From the IMG/VR virus record IMGVR_UViG_3300049183_000013, positions 1 through 37,015 of that record: a stretch of 37,015 nucleotides of DNA; one strand, 5' to 3'. This document shows, piece after piece, positions 34,571 to 37,015 of this stretch. The notes below the pieces were generated by a model. It saw nothing but the letters and a program-made list of their open reading frames with translations. It ran no database searches and was not told the origin of the DNA. Positions within the stretch are counted from its first letter, which is position 1. Each line of letters opens with the position of its first letter. Position numbers and translations under genes: made by a program. The stretch is from a virus. Its lineage: Duplodnaviria; Caudoviricetes.

Positions 34571-35101
34571 ATGAGTCCGATGTCTGACACTGAAGCAATT
34601 CTGGCGTTGAAGAATGCCCAGCTTGAGGCCGGGCATCTGTTCAATACTCGCAAGTCGTATCGCGGCTGGCTACTCCGCTACCGCGCCGCCCGCCGCGAGC
34701 GACTCTGCAAGGACCTCCAAGGCTTCCTCACCCGCCTATCCACCGTCGATCGCGTCAATCCCAAGACCGTCTATCAGGCCCTCAACGCCCTCAAATTCTA
34801 TCACGAGAAGGTCCTCGGCATCGAGATCGAGCCGAATTCGCTCACGGTCCCGAAAAAGAATCCGCACCGCAACGTCCCCGTCTGGCTCACGCATGACGAG
34901 GCGATGGATCTGATTGGCCGCCTTTCCGGCGACGCGCGCCTCCAAGGCGAGCTGCTTTATGGCACCGGCTCCCGCATCAATGCGCTGCTTACCCTTCGCC
35001 TCAAGGATGTGGATGCCATGGGCACCGAGGCTTTGATTTCACCCCTCGACATGGCCCCGCCAGCTCGTCCGAACGTCACCCCTTTCCGACGCCTTGCATG
35101 A
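34571..35101 (+). pseudogene. Integron-integrase-like tyrosine recombinase with in-frame deletion of most of the catalytic domain
   Basis: IntI-like N-domain (FLTRL...V.P.T..QALNALKFYHEKVL), PVWLTHDE, box I LLYGTGSR....LRLKDVD, then a jump to C-terminal ISPLD; no HxxR or catalytic Tyr. Confidence 0.8.
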
Positions 35102-35625
35102 CCACCAAGGAAAAAGCCGCCAAGATCCGGAAGCTGACCCGGCAGATCGCCGAGCTTGAAGCCAAGCTCGGCGGTTTGCGTGAAGAGCTGGCGAAGCTCC
35201 AGCTCGCCCCCGGCGAAGTCGCCCCACAGACCGGCCTCGACCTGCTGTGGGATGCCGCGTTGCCCAAGTCCCGCGAGCGTTCCACTCGCCAGCAATGCCG
35301 CGTTGAATGGCACCGCCTCACCGTCGGCGTACGCCCGAAGATCGAGGACGCCGTCGCCGCCCTCAAGGCATGGAACAAGTCCGAGCAGTGGAGCAAGAAC
35401 GGCGGTGAATTCGCCCCCGGTCTCCACATCTTCATCAAGAACCGCAAGTGGGAGGACCTTCCCCAGGTGCGCGACCCGATCGCCCGCTACCGCAGTACCC
35501 CGAAGCCAGCCGCCCCGGCCCCGGCAGCGAATCCAGACGAATACGCCTCCGAAGACGACATCCGCGAGATCCTCGGCGGCCTCACCCGCAAAGTCGCCGA
35601 TCCCGACTCTTCCACCGATCACTGA
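35098..35625 (+). CDS. Hypothetical protein resembling phage replication-protein C-terminal domains
   Basis: LWDAALPK...SEQWSKNGGEFAPGLHIFIKNRKWED; ATGA overlap with the integrase stop. Confidence 0.65.
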   Translation: MTTKEKAAKIRKLTRQIAELEAKLGGLREELAKLQLAPGEVAPQTGLDLLWDAALPKSRERSTRQQCRVEWHRLTVGVRPKIEDAVAALKAWNKSEQWSKNGGEFAPGLHIFIKNRKWEDLPQVRDPIARYRSTPKPAAPAPAANPDEYASEDDIREILGGLTRKVADPDSSTDH

Positions 35626-35704
35626 TCACCGATCACTGATCACCGATCACTCGGCACTTTTCCGCGGCTGTTCCTGAACACTGAAAACTGAACCCTAGCA
35701 AACT
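35612..35704 (+). repeat. Heptamer repeat element copy 13 (A with 5 units plus B variant)
   Basis: (YGATCAC)5-TCGGCACTT...GGCTGTTCCTGAACACTGAAAACTGAACCCTAGCAAACT. Confidence 0.95.
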
Positions 35705-35711
35705 TTCTCCG

Positions 35712-36143
35712 ATGCCCATCAACTACGCACAGATGAAGCGCTACCGCGCCGAATGGGCCAAGGTGAAGAAGGTCCTCACCACCATGGGCGAGTTTTCCGA
35801 CGAGGATGCCGAGCAAGAGCGCCACGCCATCACCCGCGCCGCCCTCGGCTGCGACAAATCGTCGAAGGACTTCACCCAGCGCGACCTGGACACCATCCTT
35901 GACCACTTCGACGAGTACCTCGTCCTGCTCAACGGCCCCCGATCCGGCCCCAGCCGCGCCGATTCCCAGCCGGTCAAGCGGCTGATCTACGCCGTCGAGC
36001 AGCTCGGCCTCCCCGAGCCCTACCTCCAGGCGATTTCCCGCGACCAGTACAACACCTCCGACTGGCGCGCCCTCACCGAGCGCCAGCTCGTCCGCTTCCG
36101 CTTCACCTGCGTCAACCGCGCCCGCGCGCGGAAAACCGCCTGA
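35712..36143 (+). CDS. Mu gp16/GemA-like protein
   Basis: R...T...G..KSSKDFT...LD..LD.F and C-terminal W..LT..QL pattern. Confidence 0.6.
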   Translation: MPINYAQMKRYRAEWAKVKKVLTTMGEFSDEDAEQERHAITRAALGCDKSSKDFTQRDLDTILDHFDEYLVLLNGPRSGPSRADSQPVKRLIYAVEQLGLPEPYLQAISRDQYNTSDWRALTERQLVRFRFTCVNRARARKTA

Positions 36144-36193
36144 GCGAGCAGCCTTGCCACCGGCTTTCCTCGGCCCATTCTCCGCCCATCCCC

Positions 36194-36418
36194 ATGAAAT
36201 ACGTCCTGATTTCGCTCTACAACATCAGCAGCACATCCTCGGAGCTCTACCAAGTATTCGGCTGGATCGGGGCGGCGGAAAACGAGCTGCTCGGCCAAGA
36301 ACTTTCCCGCGCTGCCGCCTTGGATCTCGCCCACTCTCACGGCGTGCCGGTCGTTTTTGGCTTTTCTTCCAAGGTCGGAGATCTCGCCCGCACCCTCTCC
36401 GCTGAGAAAACCGCCTGA
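36194..36418 (+). CDS. Hypothetical protein
   Basis: 74 aa ORF with ATG, in operon orientation. Confidence 0.45.
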   Translation: MKYVLISLYNISSTSSELYQVFGWIGAAENELLGQELSRAAALDLAHSHGVPVVFGFSSKVGDLARTLSAEKTA

Positions 36419-36443
36419 GCCCCCGTGCGATGATCGCTTTCGG

Positions 36444-36776
36444 ATGCAGTTGGAACTCGACCTCCGCGCCCCGGCCCCGCCGGACCTCGCGGAAGTCGCG
36501 CGTCTGTCCGGCTGGCTCTACGAAGCCGGGGACCGCTGGTGCCTCGCCCGCGACATCGCCCGGTCCCTCGGCCTCTCCGATCGCCAGATCCGCCACCTTG
36601 CCGCCGCATCCAGCGGCCTCGTCGTCTCCAGCCCCGGCAGCCCAGGCTACAAGCACGTGCGCCACTGCGACCCCGAGGAAATCCACACCATCGCGGCCCG
36701 CCTCCGCCATCAAGCCCAGCTCATGGACAAGCGCGCTGGCGAGATCCTGCGCGCGTGGCACCAAGCCGCCCGGTGA
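36444..36776 (+). CDS. Winged-helix protein
   Basis: WCLARDIARSLGLSDRQIRHL......VVS....GY. Confidence 0.7.
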   Translation: MQLELDLRAPAPPDLAEVARLSGWLYEAGDRWCLARDIARSLGLSDRQIRHLAAASSGLVVSSPGSPGYKHVRHCDPEEIHTIAARLRHQAQLMDKRAGEILRAWHQAAR

Positions 36777-36855
36777 ACCCACCCCGGCGGCCGTTTTTGG
36801 TGGTCTTGAAACCGCCTTTCAACCCCCGTTAACCACCCCCTCCGGAACCCGAGTA

Positions 36856-37006
36856 AATTCGCAGATCTCTGCGACTTCCCCCAATCCGGCCCTTTTTGTT
36901 CGCAGTTCTCCCCAGCCGATCCCAGCCCGTCGAAACCCCGATTTTCGGGCGTTTTCGGGCTTTTTTGGGTGATTTCGGTTTCTCGCAGATGCTATTCGAA
37001 GGTTCA
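36856..37006 (-). repeat. Right end: inverted repeat, TCGCAG motifs and putative terminus
   Basis: 23-bp inverted repeat at 36856-36878; further TCGCAG at 36900 and 36983; CA at 37005-37006. Confidence 0.8.
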
Positions 37007-37015
37007 GTCCCCAGT

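Larger units (their letters stand above)
31942..35101. mobile_element. Integron-like element: 4 cassettes, attI-like site, truncated IntI-like integrase
   Basis: Four attC-like hairpins at gene junctions; each cassette is bounded by mutually complementary core sites; adjacent IntI-like gene. Confidence 0.85.
26..37006. mobile_element. Mu-like transposable phage/prophage, apparently complete
   Basis: Adjacent MuA-like DDE transposase and MuB-like ATPase, Mu gp27/gp28-like terminase genes, full head, tail and lysis modules, ~37 kb size. TG at 26 and CA at 37005-37006 each lie 17 bp from a TCTGCGA motif. Confidence 0.9.

Noticed and set aside
34571-35101. Integrase as the phage's own integration enzyme
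   Set aside because: Catalytic residues are missing, it resembles IntI, and the DDE transposase plus TG...CA ends explain integration
12081-35704. Heptamer repeats as a CRISPR array
   Set aside because: Copies are dispersed and separated by whole genes, have variable unit numbers and no spacers; no cas genes seen
21-37011. 5-bp target-site duplication
   Set aside because: Flanks GTGAG and GTCCC share only GT
1-37015. tRNA or rRNA genes
   Set aside because: None recognised by eye; a tRNAscan-SE run would be needed to exclude them

Overview
The window appears to hold one nearly complete ~37 kb Mu-like (transposable) phage or prophage with putative TG...CA termini at 26 and 37006 and a 23-bp subterminal inverted repeat. 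The left two-thirds (minus strand) carry lysis, Mu-type terminase, an HK97-type head and a non-contractile tail. A divergent pair of ribbon-helix-helix regulators at ~24.7 kb separates these from a plus-strand early operon with a DDE transposase (MuA-like) and an AAA ATPase (MuB-like). The main result is an integron-like cassette array inside the early operon (31942-35101): four attC-like hairpins, an attI-like site and an internally deleted IntI-like integrase. Every cassette ORF is inverted relative to its attC, has no stop codon of its own, reads through the crossover AAC as an in-frame Asn and takes its C-terminus from the neighbouring site. The genome also carries 13 same-strand heptamer-repeat modules and several same-strand REP-like hairpins. 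All protein calls come from motif recognition and gene order, not database searches. The host is unknown; a PVC-group bacterium is only a guess.
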